64,000 nucleotides of DNA from Spongospora subterranea f. sp. subterranea (Eukaryota), in contig JAUGWO010000149.1 in NCBI GenBank assembly GCA_049724395.1, positions 1 to 64,000 on the forward strand, written 5' to 3'. The translations under genes and the position numbers were made by a program. Positions 1 through 10,260 of this stretch are shown here, piece by piece (position 1 is the first letter of the stretch; each line of letters starts with the position of its first letter). Under the pieces are notes generated by a model. The model saw only the letters and a program-made list of their open reading frames with translations, ran no database searches and was not told where the DNA came from.

Positions 1-632
1 CCAGGACGCGAATCCCAATGGGTCTGGACGCATGTATTGATGACGATATTTGCAGGTGTCACGAAGACCATGAACATATTCGTTTTCGGTCGAACTCAAG
101 CTTTGCATAAATTTTTTGGATATGGCGGCCGTCGATTTGCAGATCAGAACGGGAAAACTGTAGAGCTTTTACATTATGGACTGTGGAAAATACTACAGTA
201 CAGAGGGACCGTTCTTGCTCAAGACACCGTTCGATCAGCGACATTAACCGGCGCAATCGCTTCATGGATTCTCATTCCATTTCGGCGCCGCGAAATTGGA
301 TAAGAGACCGTGCTCTCTGCCGATGAATCATTCGTTGGTTCAACGATCGTTCATGAATTTGATTGCAATCAGTTGTGCAGTTGCGTATGTAGATAGTACT
401 ACCGGAGAGTTGAAAATGGCCCAAAAATGGCCCAAAATTGGCCTAAAGAGACGGATCAAACCTTGTTATCCACCGATCTAATCGTGTGTGTGTGTGTTGA
501 CAACCCGAGTCCAGGCTCGTAATTCCTGAGACGCCAACACAGTTTACAGCTATTTAGGAACCGGCACATATCGCTATTACCAACCTTCCGTGGTATTCGG
601 TTCGAAATAATCTTTAGCCAACCGATGGTGCC

Positions 633-3360
633 ATGAATCCCGTCAAGTTCGACATCATATCGGCCCTGTCCCTCAAGGACGTAGACCTACCAAGTTTTAA
701 CCATGTTCTATGCCAATGGCGCCATTGAGAATCTAAACTCTATAAGAGATCCGTTAACATTCCAGAGCTGTCACTGCTCAGAAGTTACGACATGATATCG
801 ACCACGATGTTTTATATTTCATAGTGGTACTTGAGTTAAATCGCCCAGAGTCGGATATTTTCACAATCGACGACGAAGACTTGTACAAGTTCATGGATGA
901 TCGTGTCAAGCAAGATTCCGTTGCCAATGTCGACGTTCGAAGCATGTTCGACTCGCTTCTGTTTCATTCACACCCTGATCATGAACGATGCGCTTCGGAT
1001 TTGATTATGCAGTCTCGCAGAATCATCAGTGAATCTGGAGGACGAAACTATACCATTAAGAGTCATCTCTTGTTGAGCTACAGATCAATGCAATGGTAAG
1101 AGGTTTATATCGATCCATTCGCGGCAAGATCTCCAGCGTCAGCTCTTAACAACTGCGATTTCCGCCAGAAGTGATGTGACCAGATTCTACCAAATCTTGA
1201 AATCTTCAATCGAGATGTTTATCAGATTCAATGGGTTGACACAATCAGGTCGCCAGAATCATTCTGCAAGGAAACAATAATTTCCGCCAGGATGTTGTAA
1301 GGGAGACTCATTCCCGACATATTCACATGTGGGTGCCACACATGTGGGTGCCACACAGGAGCAGAAGTATAACACTGTTGTGGCGTTGTGTTTACATTGT
1401 GAAGGTCCTCATAATGTTAGAAGAAGTCGTAAGTTGGCTTCAGAACAAGCTCAAAAGCTCTTACGCGAAGCAGCCTCAACCACAACGATAAGAAACCAGT
1501 GTGAGTTTCAATTTTCAATGGCCGACTTTCATTCATCATCAGCGAAGAGATCGTGATCGTCCACCACCCAAAACTATTGTTGAGCCCTCGCAGACGCGTT
1601 CTGGGCGGCCATTTTCGAAAAGTGCAATCAACAAGCCTCACGAGCAGATACCGATGTCTAAGGTTATCGTGTCAGGTTCGAAAATGAGGAGGATTACCTT
1701 TGTGAACATGTGGATAGAATCGATGATAATTGAGGTCGTACCAATCGGATTAATGCTGCCCACCTTCCCACTGAATGGCGACCTCCAAAGGTTCATTGCG
1801 TTCCCGAATCCCCAAGGAAACACCGATTGTTCTGCAATTCACTCCAGTGCCGAAGCAAATAAGATCAGTTGAATTATCTGTCGGAGATACCAAGTTTACG
1901 GATCAAACCGCAATCGATGAGGGTGATGAGTTTACTGTCATAGGGAACAACACGTGGCAGGTTCTACAAACAGAAGATCTAGAAATTCGATCAGGCTCGC
2001 GAACATTTTCGTTGGGCGACGGTTTCTCAATTGAGCCGCATTTTCTTGTATTGGTGGACATAACAATTTCTACATTTACTGGAAGCGTCACCGTCAGACG
2101 ACATTGGGTGCACGTGCTCGACGATGATATTCCCGATGTGCTATTGGGCCGACCGCTGCTATCATGCCTAGGCAATTAGATGTGGAAAAACGGTTGTGTG
2201 ATTTAGGCCAACGAATTCTTGAAACCATCGACGAACCGTCCGATCTAGAACATCAACTCGACCAGAAGCTAATCGTCGATGATGATACTTTTCCTATTGT
2301 ACAAACTCTGGCCACGAAGGATATCTCTTCTGTGTTGGAAAAGATATGCGATGATGAAAGGAGCAACGGCGTTTCTGTGGTTTCGGTTCAGGTTTTGTCA
2401 AACCTTTTTCAAAAATATCAGGATGTTTTCCGATTGAATCTTGGTCCTGACCCGCCAGTTAATGTTGGTCCTATAGTTGTGGAGTTGAAACCTGACGCTG
2501 TTCCAGTTTTATGTAAGTCTCGTCGCCAGCCACAACTGCATAAGGATTTATTAGAGGACCATTTCAAGCAGTTGATCAAATTCGGATTCGTGAACCTCAA
2601 TCCCAAATCTCAGTGGGCGTCACCGTGTTTTTTCCGCTGCCAAAAGTGGTGAAAACAGGACAATCCGTTCAGTCGTCGATCTTCGCGTTCCTAATTCGAT
2701 GATTCAACGTTGCGTTTGGCCTATGCCGCATCTGTGTATGGTTGGATCATACCTATCGACGTCGAAAGTATTCGCAGTTTTGGATGGTTTTAAAGGCAAT
2801 TTCCGATTACTGGATCTATTGAGTCTTTGTCAATGATGATTCCTCTCGGTATCATTACCCCTCTCAGAATATCCACAAGGGAATCATGGAGCAGATACTT
2901 AGGCCTGAACTTTCGATGCAACAACTACTACTCTGGATTGACGATTTATTGGTACATGCACAGGATGAAGATAATTTATTATCAATCTCACGCAAGATCT
3001 TCAAATGCTGCGACGAATTCGGTTTGAAACTGAACGCATCCAGATGCAAGTTCTTCCTCAAGGAAGCGAATCATTGTGGGAAGTTATACTCATCAGATGG
3101 TTGTCGTCACGGTCCCGATTGTTTATCGGCACTCGTTAATATGCCTCGTTCCTGCGACAGCAGCCGATCTGATGCAGTTTATTTGCCCTGCAACATGGTT
3201 GAGTCCACATATCATCGATTCTGAACGGTTTATTCAGCCTTTGAAAAATTTGTTAGATATTCTTTTGCAGGCAACGTCTCGACGTACCAAATCTTTGGCT
3301 CGGTGAATTGTAAATAACCGATCAGTTCTGGACTAACGAACATGAAGAGACTTTTAAAGG
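633..3360 (+). mobile_element. Degenerate Ty3/gypsy LTR retrotransposon (gag-protease-RT fragments, truncated before RNase H/integrase)
   Basis: Fragmented ORFs in gypsy order: decayed gag zinc knuckle CLHCEGPHNVRRS (~1387-1425), protease C-terminal VLLGRPLLSCLG (~2137-2172), RT N-terminus FRLNLGPDPP...VELKPDAVP...NPKSQWASP, RT core LLWIDDLLVHA and FGLKLNASRCKFF (2886-3224). Many stops and frameshifts; LTRs not identified. Confidence 0.85.
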
Positions 3361-3835
3361 CACTGACAATGGGCAATTTCGCATTCTGCAATGTAGAGTC
3401 GCTGGTCGAACTCCACCTCGCAGGTATTTGATCTTTCAATGGCAGGAAGTGGAGTGAACCGCTTTTTGCAACAGGGTGATGCTATTGCACTAGATATGAT
3501 CAATACTGTGATATGGTCATTTCCCGTCTCCAGCAAAAGCCCAGCTCCACGACTAATCAATGATTGGGGGTGTCTGGTCGATTCGCGGCTAATGATCTGG
3601 CATTTTTTTGTACTAAACCTGTAATTCTTATCAAGAAATTGATGGAAATGACCTTGGACAGATGCAACCAATATTGAAAATCAGCCTTTTTCGACACATT
3701 CAAAAGCGGAAAATCGGGATTCCAGAACTGGGATAAAAATGTTTTGTATTGAAATACAGCCCGCAATACTTCTCAACACATCACAAAAGTTTGTGTTAAG
3801 ATAAGAGACAGTAAAGGCAATGGTAAATCACGATC

Positions 3836-5023
3836 TCATGTATCCGGTTGGTCATTGAAATCGACATCACCTTCAATAGACCAGTCAATATCTGTAAACC
3901 CCTGATATCCAGCATCACCCAATATTTGGAGCACTTCCTTTAGAACATCGCAGATCGATTGTGCAACCGCCTCAAAAGTTGTTGCTGTTGGTTCGGCGTG
4001 TTGTTGAATTTGCAACTCGAATTTGGTTATCGGTGATCGGACAGTACCATGATTTGATTGAGAAACTGATCGTGATAGGAAATTAATGACATGGACAATC
4101 TTCGGTATCATCTCAGGACGGCCAAAAAACAAGTCCTTCAGAGCGACACGATCTGGAGGCCAACAATAACAGAGGATAAAAAACAGGAATTGGTGATCGG
4201 GCGGATCTTTAACTGGATATTTAGCAGTCATGGCGGCCTTGTCTAGTTCAGGCAATAAGTGATCTAGAACATAATGGTAAATGCCTTTGCGATATCGTCC
4301 TGCGGCTACTTCGATAAGATTCTCATTATATCGAAGACCTCTATCTTCCACTAGATATGTTCGAATATAATGAAATTTCGATTCAAAAGTGCTGTGGAGG
4401 ATATACTCAGATTCCCAGGGAGTTAAGTCGGGATACCCTGGATAACTTGACACCAACTTATCAACGGTAGGAATACCGGGCATTCGACCACATACCCGAC
4501 CAGGAATCACGAGCTTCTCCAGCTCTTCTTTTGGCGGGAACTTTAAAATAACTTCCTCGTAGATATATCGAATCAGTTCGAGGTGTAATTCGGCACTAAG
4601 GGTATAGGGAGACAACACATCACTGATAAGGTAATACCGAGGAGTAGCCCATGATGGATTTCGTTCGAAATCCCCCTCATAATCATCAAATTCTACAATG
4701 ACATATGTCCCTTTTGCCAGCGCTATATAATGCTTGAAAAACTCAATATGACCGTGCTGAAGACATGCTTCAATGTCACACCCGTTATACAAAACACCAC
4801 CAAATCGCTGCTTCATCTTGTGTAAAAACCCAATATCACCGGACTCAGCTGCAATTTGTAACAGGTCGACGACACCAGTCCGAGGGCGAGGAATGGGATT
4901 GGAACATGTAGCGATGTAGCTATCGTAAGGCACGAGAATAAATCTAGTGTACTCTTCTTCAATCAAACCGACAGGGAATGGTAATTCTGAGCCGACAACA
5001 GATCCGTCAAGATCAGACGACAT
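3836..5023 (-). CDS. Intronless 395-aa hypothetical protein with degenerate ankyrin-like repeats
   Basis: Uninterrupted ATG-TGA ORF. Ankyrin-like segments LLQIAAESGDIGFLHKM, ACLQHGHIEFFKHY and LIEVAAGRYRKGIYHYVL. A near-identical 5' paralog at 5321 supports coding status. Confidence 0.7.
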   Translation of the reverse strand: MSSDLDGSVVGSELPFPVGLIEEEYTRFILVPYDSYIATCSNPIPRPRTGVVDLLQIAAESGDIGFLHKMKQRFGGVLYNGCDIEACLQHGHIEFFKHYIALAKGTYVIVEFDDYEGDFERNPSWATPRYYLISDVLSPYTLSAELHLELIRYIYEEVILKFPPKEELEKLVIPGRVCGRMPGIPTVDKLVSSYPGYPDLTPWESEYILHSTFESKFHYIRTYLVEDRGLRYNENLIEVAAGRYRKGIYHYVLDHLLPELDKAAMTAKYPVKDPPDHQFLFFILCYCWPPDRVALKDLFFGRPEMIPKIVHVINFLSRSVSQSNHGTVRSPITKFELQIQQHAEPTATTFEAVAQSICDVLKEVLQILGDAGYQGFTDIDWSIEGDVDFNDQPDT

Positions 5024-5069
5024 TAAGTGGAATCAAATGAATATTGATCTCAATGATCAGTGATCCAAA

Positions 5070-5173
5070 CTGTGTACAGTAGAGTCGGGCGGAAACGGTA
5101 CAGAAAAGTGCGCGGCAATTTATATGTCTGTGTACAGTAGAGTCGGGCGGAAAGTGCGCGGAAATCTATATGT
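5070..5173. repeat. Tandem direct repeat in the intergenic region between the two inverted gene copies
   Basis: CTGTGTACAGTAGAGTCGGGCGGAAA is identical at 5070-5095 and 5128-5153, each followed by AAAGTGCGCGGnAATnTATATGT. Confidence 0.9.
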
Positions 5174-5320
5174 TTGGATGACAAAGTACTGTACACATCT
5201 CCCTTTCTGAGCTACTGTGCCTTTTTCCAGGACCGCATCACTGATCATTGAGATCAATATTGAATTGAATCTGCCAATCGCTCTCCACCTCATTGGCACT
5301 TGTCCATTTGTTTACACTCA

Positions 5321-5679
5321 ATGTCCACTGATCTTGACGGATCTGTTATCGGCTCAGGATTACCATTCCCTGTCGGTTTGATTGAAGAAGAGTACACTAG
5401 ATTTATTCTCGTGCCTTACGATAGCTACATCGCTACATGTTCCAATCCCATTCTTCGCCCTCGGACTGGTGTCGTCGACCTTTTACAAATTGCAGCTGAG
5501 TCCGGTGATATTGGGTTTTCACATCAGATGAAGCAGCGATTTGGTGGTGTTTTGTATCTCAGGTATTACATTAGAGCATGTCTTCAACACGGTCATATTG
5601 AGTTTTTCAAGCATTATATATCGCTGGCAAAAGGGACATATGTTATCATAGAATTATTAGATGATTATGAGGGGGATTA
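5321..5679 (+). pseudogene. Truncated inverted paralog of the 3836-5023 gene, cut at a TA by a DNA transposon
   Basis: MSTDLDGSVIGSGLPFPVGLIEEEY...DDYEGD matches the first ~118 aa of the 395-aa ORF. Similarity stops abruptly at GAGGGGGAT-TA (TA at 5678-5679). Confidence 0.85.
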
Positions 5680-5721
5680 TTGCTCGCAGTTTTTATCTGC
5701 GCGCAGAAAATGACATCAAAA

Positions 5722-7762
5722 TCAATCAAGTTGCGCAATTAGTGATTCTGGTAGACTGCGGTGGCGTTTGTACCTCTTGACGGCGTATTCTGCTTGTCGG
5801 ACAGAGAGCCTGTTCCCAGAAGCGTCAACTATTCGGTAAGCGTCCATATATCGATAACACTTTCGGGCGAAGCGCCGAATTTGTTCTAGAGGAACCTGCT
5901 CCAACGCCTTCGGTACAACAATCTGCAAATCTTTCCAAGAGTACGTGCAGTTGCGTCGAGTGTAACTCTTGGCCGCAGCCCAATACATCTCGATAAAGTT
6001 AAACTCACAATGAAATTTCGGGTAGAAGTCAACTTTTCCGTCATTTTGTTCGACTGTTTCGACGATCCATTCTTTTTGCGCCCGAAAATCCGGTTGTTGC
6101 TCAAGAACTGATTTGGCTGAGTCTTTTGATAAGTAGTTTTCCCACAAGCCACGTTCTTGCAAAATGGTTCTCAACCCTTTCTGGACTCCCGCTTTCGTCT
6201 GCATCATCTGTTCAACTCGTTGTCCCTGTTTCATGAACCATCCTGGACGCTGCAGTTTTACGTTCTTTCCGCCATCATTCAGGTTCAGAACTTTAGCATT
6301 TAGAGCGTCAGGCGGCAATGCTCGGTGGTTCTGGGAGTTATCGAACATTAGCAGCATTTTGCTTTTTGGATGCAAAATTCGGAAAATCGGAATTGCTCGT
6401 TCTTGGATCTGTTTGACCAGGTCTTGGTTTGTCCAGAAGCCGTCCGCGTTCTTACCTGGCTTGATGATAACCACAGTTTCAGTAGGAACTAGGGGATTTT
6501 CTGCTTGATCATTGCCTGTCAGTTTCATCGGTCCATGACATTCACAGATGAACTCCGACACCATAATGCTCCTCCCTTCACCCTTGGGTCGAATTTGGTC
6601 GGTTATCCTGATTAAACCAAATCGTGCGTTTTCCCTCATGAGCGCTAAAACAAGATTCGTCGTGCGTCACCAGAACAATTCTGCGCTCGTCATTTTCAAG
6701 TTGCGGTTCAATTACCGTCAACATATCCTCGCCGATATACTTTGGCATTCGACGATCATAAATTGCCATTCGATCGAGGAAAGCTTCCCTGTATTGAACT
6801 ACGTCGTTTCGTTCGTGCCCATCATGATACAATCCTTTTTTCAATTCTCGATATTGATAAACCAGAAATTTGAGCCAGCGAAGGCACGTTTTCTCTGATA
6901 TGGCAATGGGGTTGCAAAGATTCAGATCAATGTGCAACTGCGTGTTGATCTATCGAGAAAACGTCAAACCCGATATAGCATCGTTTTTTGTAGACCTGAG
7001 CCAAGACCGGCATCTGCTCGCAATGTCCTCATCCAAAATTAGCGAAGTATACTTGATGTGGCACCCTTGCTTGCGCTCAGGCAAAGTTTGATGTTTTAAA
7101 AAGTACTCTGCCCAGTGTCGAATATTTCTGGCGTGATGTTGAAGTCCTTTAGTACGAAAGAAAGATTTCGCAACGGTTAAGGATGCAGACATCTTCTTAC
7201 CGGCATCCATGCTCAACATAAAATATTGCTCGATGCTCAAGTATCGCAGCGTATCGTATTTAGATACTCCAAGGAGTCGTCGTTCAACACATCTGTTTGC
7301 CGTTATGCCAGTAAACTGAGATATGATTTTTAGGGCCTTTTCTGGGGTGATAGATGCAGGTTCTGATGCAGGTTCTCCAGGAACGGTATTTATGATGCTC
7401 GTTGGGGCAAAGTAGTCAGTAATTTTACGAGCGGTCTTGAATATTTTTTCCTTTTCTTCCACTTCTTTTTGTTTGCGCCAAAGTGTTGTCCTGCTATCTC
7501 CGGTATAAACTGCTCGAAGATGCGACCCAGCACCAGCCTTCCACTGTAAGAGCGTTGCTGTGGACTTCAAGATCTGTTCTTTATTCATGTTGTCATCCTC
7601 ACTGTTCAATAAGTAATCGTCGTCTGACATATCAACACTATCGTCGTCGAGACGCGGATACGAATCATCTGCTTCGTCCGTTGGGGATGGAGAAACTACA
7701 ATCGCGTTCCTGTGTTGTCGACATCGTTTGAGGTGTCGTTTTTGTTTCGATGATTGTGGCAT
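5722..7762 (-). pseudogene. Sagan-like DDE transposase (~680 aa) with one in-frame stop and one frameshift
   Basis: Three ORF pieces join into one protein. Motifs: VLVTHDESCF (D1), PKGEGRSIMVSEF, KPGKNADGFWTNQDL, MFDNSQNH (D2), FYPKFHCEFNFIEMYWAAAK (E), RRFARKCYRYMDAY. In-frame TAG at 6950-6952 (probably from TGG); frameshift near 6595. Confidence 0.88.
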
Positions 7763-7972
7763 ATTTGTGTTAGAACAACACAAGGATGGAATAATCAAGT
7801 GATTGTGCTTACTTTCCGACTCCTTACATCACAATCCCAGTTCGGTGCGGCTGGGAGATCAGCAGAGCTTCCGGCATGAGTAGTGCAGTCGCTCAATGTT
7901 AGCTTCCTTGCAGCTTTCGCCTCATCAGCCTGATCTAAGTCGCGCTAGTCAGTATTGGTGGAGTGGACTACC

Positions 7973-8099
7973 CCGCTTTAAAGACATCGAGGACATAGCC
8001 AACATCCACGCCAAGTCTTCAACAACTTTTACATTCAAAGAATCACAACTTAAAGACTTGGCGTGGATGTTGGCTATGTCCTCGATGTCTTTGAAGCGG
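7973..8099. repeat. 47-bp-arm inverted repeat with 33-nt loop
   Basis: 7973-8019 is the reverse complement of 8053-8099 apart from one position (T7979/G8093). Confidence 0.97.
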
Positions 8100-8101
8100 A
8101 G

Positions 8102-8151
8102 CCAGGGTAATAAATCCAGTGGAGGATCCTCCACTGGATTTATTACCCTGG
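8102..8151. repeat. Perfect 50-bp palindrome with no spacer
   Basis: CCAGGGTAATAAATCCAGTGGAGGA|TCCTCCACTGGATTTATTACCCTGG. Confidence 0.97.
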
Positions 8152-8187
8152 TAGTGTCTCACCTGCGGTGGTAAGCCAAGGCCTAGT

Positions 8188-9093
8188 ATGTCGGATCAGA
8201 TCTCGTTGCTGGAGAAAAAGTGAAACTCCCTCATATTAATTGTGGCTGCTTCGGATCTTCTAGGAGTGTAGAGGAAGTGGCTGCAGGGTTTGGGGATGCG
8301 ATATCGCCGCCTTATGAGTGGGGCGGGGATGGATCGGTTCCGGTGGTACTTTCTGGGGGCATTACTGAGGATGGTGATGTGGTATTTATGACATGTAAGG
8401 GGAAATTCAAAACGAGCAGAGACGAGTACTCGCGCCTTACAAGCGATACATTCTGGAGTCAGCATGTCTTCGCTCAGCACCGTTGCCCTATAGTAGATAG
8501 GGAGCCAGATATCGTGCGTCAGCTGGCTATCTCTGTGCTGTCGCTGGAGCTACACTTGATGGAAAGGCTGACAGATTCGTACATCTATGGGATAGTAAAT
8601 AAAGGGTATCCTGACATGCGAACCGCTTCAGGTCTTTCGTGACAAGGGTGAGCACAGACTCGAACTTCCGTATCCGAGCAGGGAGACTTTAATGGTAGCC
8701 TGAGGAGCCATACAGTACTGCTGTACTAGAGTGTTCGAAGAAGTAATCAAGGTCACTCCTTGTATCAATCACGTAGTAAAAGACTTGATGGTAAGCAGGT
8801 GTCCAGAGCTGCTTCGGCCGCTAGTGAGGCGGTCGGTACAGCCATACACGGAAGAAACCTTCATCGGTGATGCGTCTGACGATGGTGACGATGCTACATG
8901 TATGGATCTAACCAACGTGGTATTCGACTCTCGAGTAATAAGGTCGGATGCGAGGTACTGCTCTGGTGTGATCGACATGATAAAGGAGGAGACTCCTTAT
9001 TACCCTAACGATCATCTCCTCAAGCTCAACTTTCTCGTCTGTACACCCTACCCTCGTCATTGGGCACCAATACCTGATATCAAACACACTTAA
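8188..9093 (+). pseudogene. Disrupted intronless ~300-aa ORF of unknown function (putative transposon cargo)
   Basis: ATG at 8188 (MSDQISLLEKK) shifts in an A-run into ORF 8220-8642. It shifts again between 8599 and 8639 into the frame that runs through one TGA (8701) into ORF 8731-9093. AATAAA at 9188. Confidence 0.55.
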
Positions 9094-9285
9094 GTCTCGA
9101 TTTTTAAAAGCTGTGCGTTCCTCTATCACAGCCGACATGATATACCCTTTCCTTCCAGTTCCTTTCCTATGCGGAACTTTCGCTCTCAATAAAACGTGTA
9201 TTCTTTTTGTCTATGCAAAATCTATACAAATTATGATCGTTCTTGTTCAGAAACTGTGGAGTAATAATTTTCGAATAGTTGAGGG

Positions 9286-9663
9286 AAAACAGAAATGCCC
9301 GCTGGCTCGTCTCTGATATCGATTGCACAATCGCAGAACGCATATAGCCCCTGAACAATTGCAAGAATGGCCACGAGACGGAACTCCGGCCGTCCAAGAC
9401 GACCTCTTCGAGGAGTTGATCGGCCAAGTTGGGAAAGTTGCCGAGCCGAGCGCTGGAAGCAGAGCAACCGGACAGACGACGAACGTAGGGCCGTCAACGA
9501 GTTTTCCGTTGGTTTGCATGCATTCATAAACGAGCAAACCGGGCCAATGACATCGTCTTTGACGGCCGGCGTCTCGGGTCGTGATCTGTCTTACAATTGT
9601 TCAGGGCTAAAGCTCCAATAATTCGTTCGACATCAGAGACGAGCCAGCGGGCATTTCTGTTTT
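9286..9663. mobile_element. MITE-like non-autonomous element with 37-bp TIRs
   Basis: AAAACAGAAATGCCCGCTGGCTCGTCTCTGATATCGA (9286-9322) versus the reverse complement of 9627-9663: one mismatch. No clear TSD. Confidence 0.8.
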
Positions 9664-10260
9664 TTTTTTTGAGAAACAGGAAAACTCGAGAAGTCGCATT
9701 TGTGGAGCTTCAAAGTCCGGTTCAAGCCCGATATTTCAGCTGACGACTGCCGTGACACGAAAGTAGAGTCTGTAATCTGGCAAAATACCCACTTTGATGA
9801 ACAACACCTTTACTCTCAATCATCCTCGCACTTGTTAGAACCGTTGGTTTTTATTTTGGAACAGAGCGAGTAAAATGTCACTCTGAATTGTCGGCAATAT
9901 CAACATGTATGGTTGCAATGCTGGCCAGAACTTGATGATGAAAAAGGCATTTGAATACAAGAGTGCTCTGATTGATTATCCACACGCTTTAGCCAAAAAA
10001 AAAACAGTATAGTTCCAAACGACCGGAGCATGCGTCGCCATATTTTTACGGCGTTCAATGCAACCGCCGAAGGTATTTCGATTGTGCCAGTTCGGTTTCG
10101 GCAAACGTCTCCAAACTGGGCCGGTACCTTTTACGATCATCATACCTATATGATTGCTACTCCAAGCTAAACCAAGGGTACTAGGTTAGATCATTGTAAA
10201 GTTTCGAAGTGACCACGTCCAAAACTAATGCAGTCGCACTGAAACTCGTGTAGATTCGTG

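Larger units (their letters stand above)
5680..9264. mobile_element. IS630/Tc1/mariner-superfamily (Sagan-like) DNA transposon, putative full extent including cargo
   Basis: Left end TA|TTGCTCGCAGTTTTT (from 5680). Candidate right end reads, reverse-complemented, TA|TTACTCCACAGTTTCT (9249-9264, TA at 9265-9266); about 12/16 match with one gap. The left end coincides with truncation of the host paralog. The right end is less certain. Confidence 0.55.

Noticed and set aside
1326..1357. 15-bp tandem duplication ACATGTGGGTGCCAC
   Set aside because: Local slippage inside a dead retroelement; no sign of function.
7896..8174. Two opposite-strand ORFs sharing RFKDIEDIANIHAKS
   Set aside because: A by-product of the inverted repeat; no independent coding evidence.
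8188..9093. Calling the cargo an active Fanzor nuclease
   Set aside because: Canonical DPG, E-x-x-TS, CxxC and RDxNA motifs are not present and the ORF is disrupted; kept only as a hypothesis.
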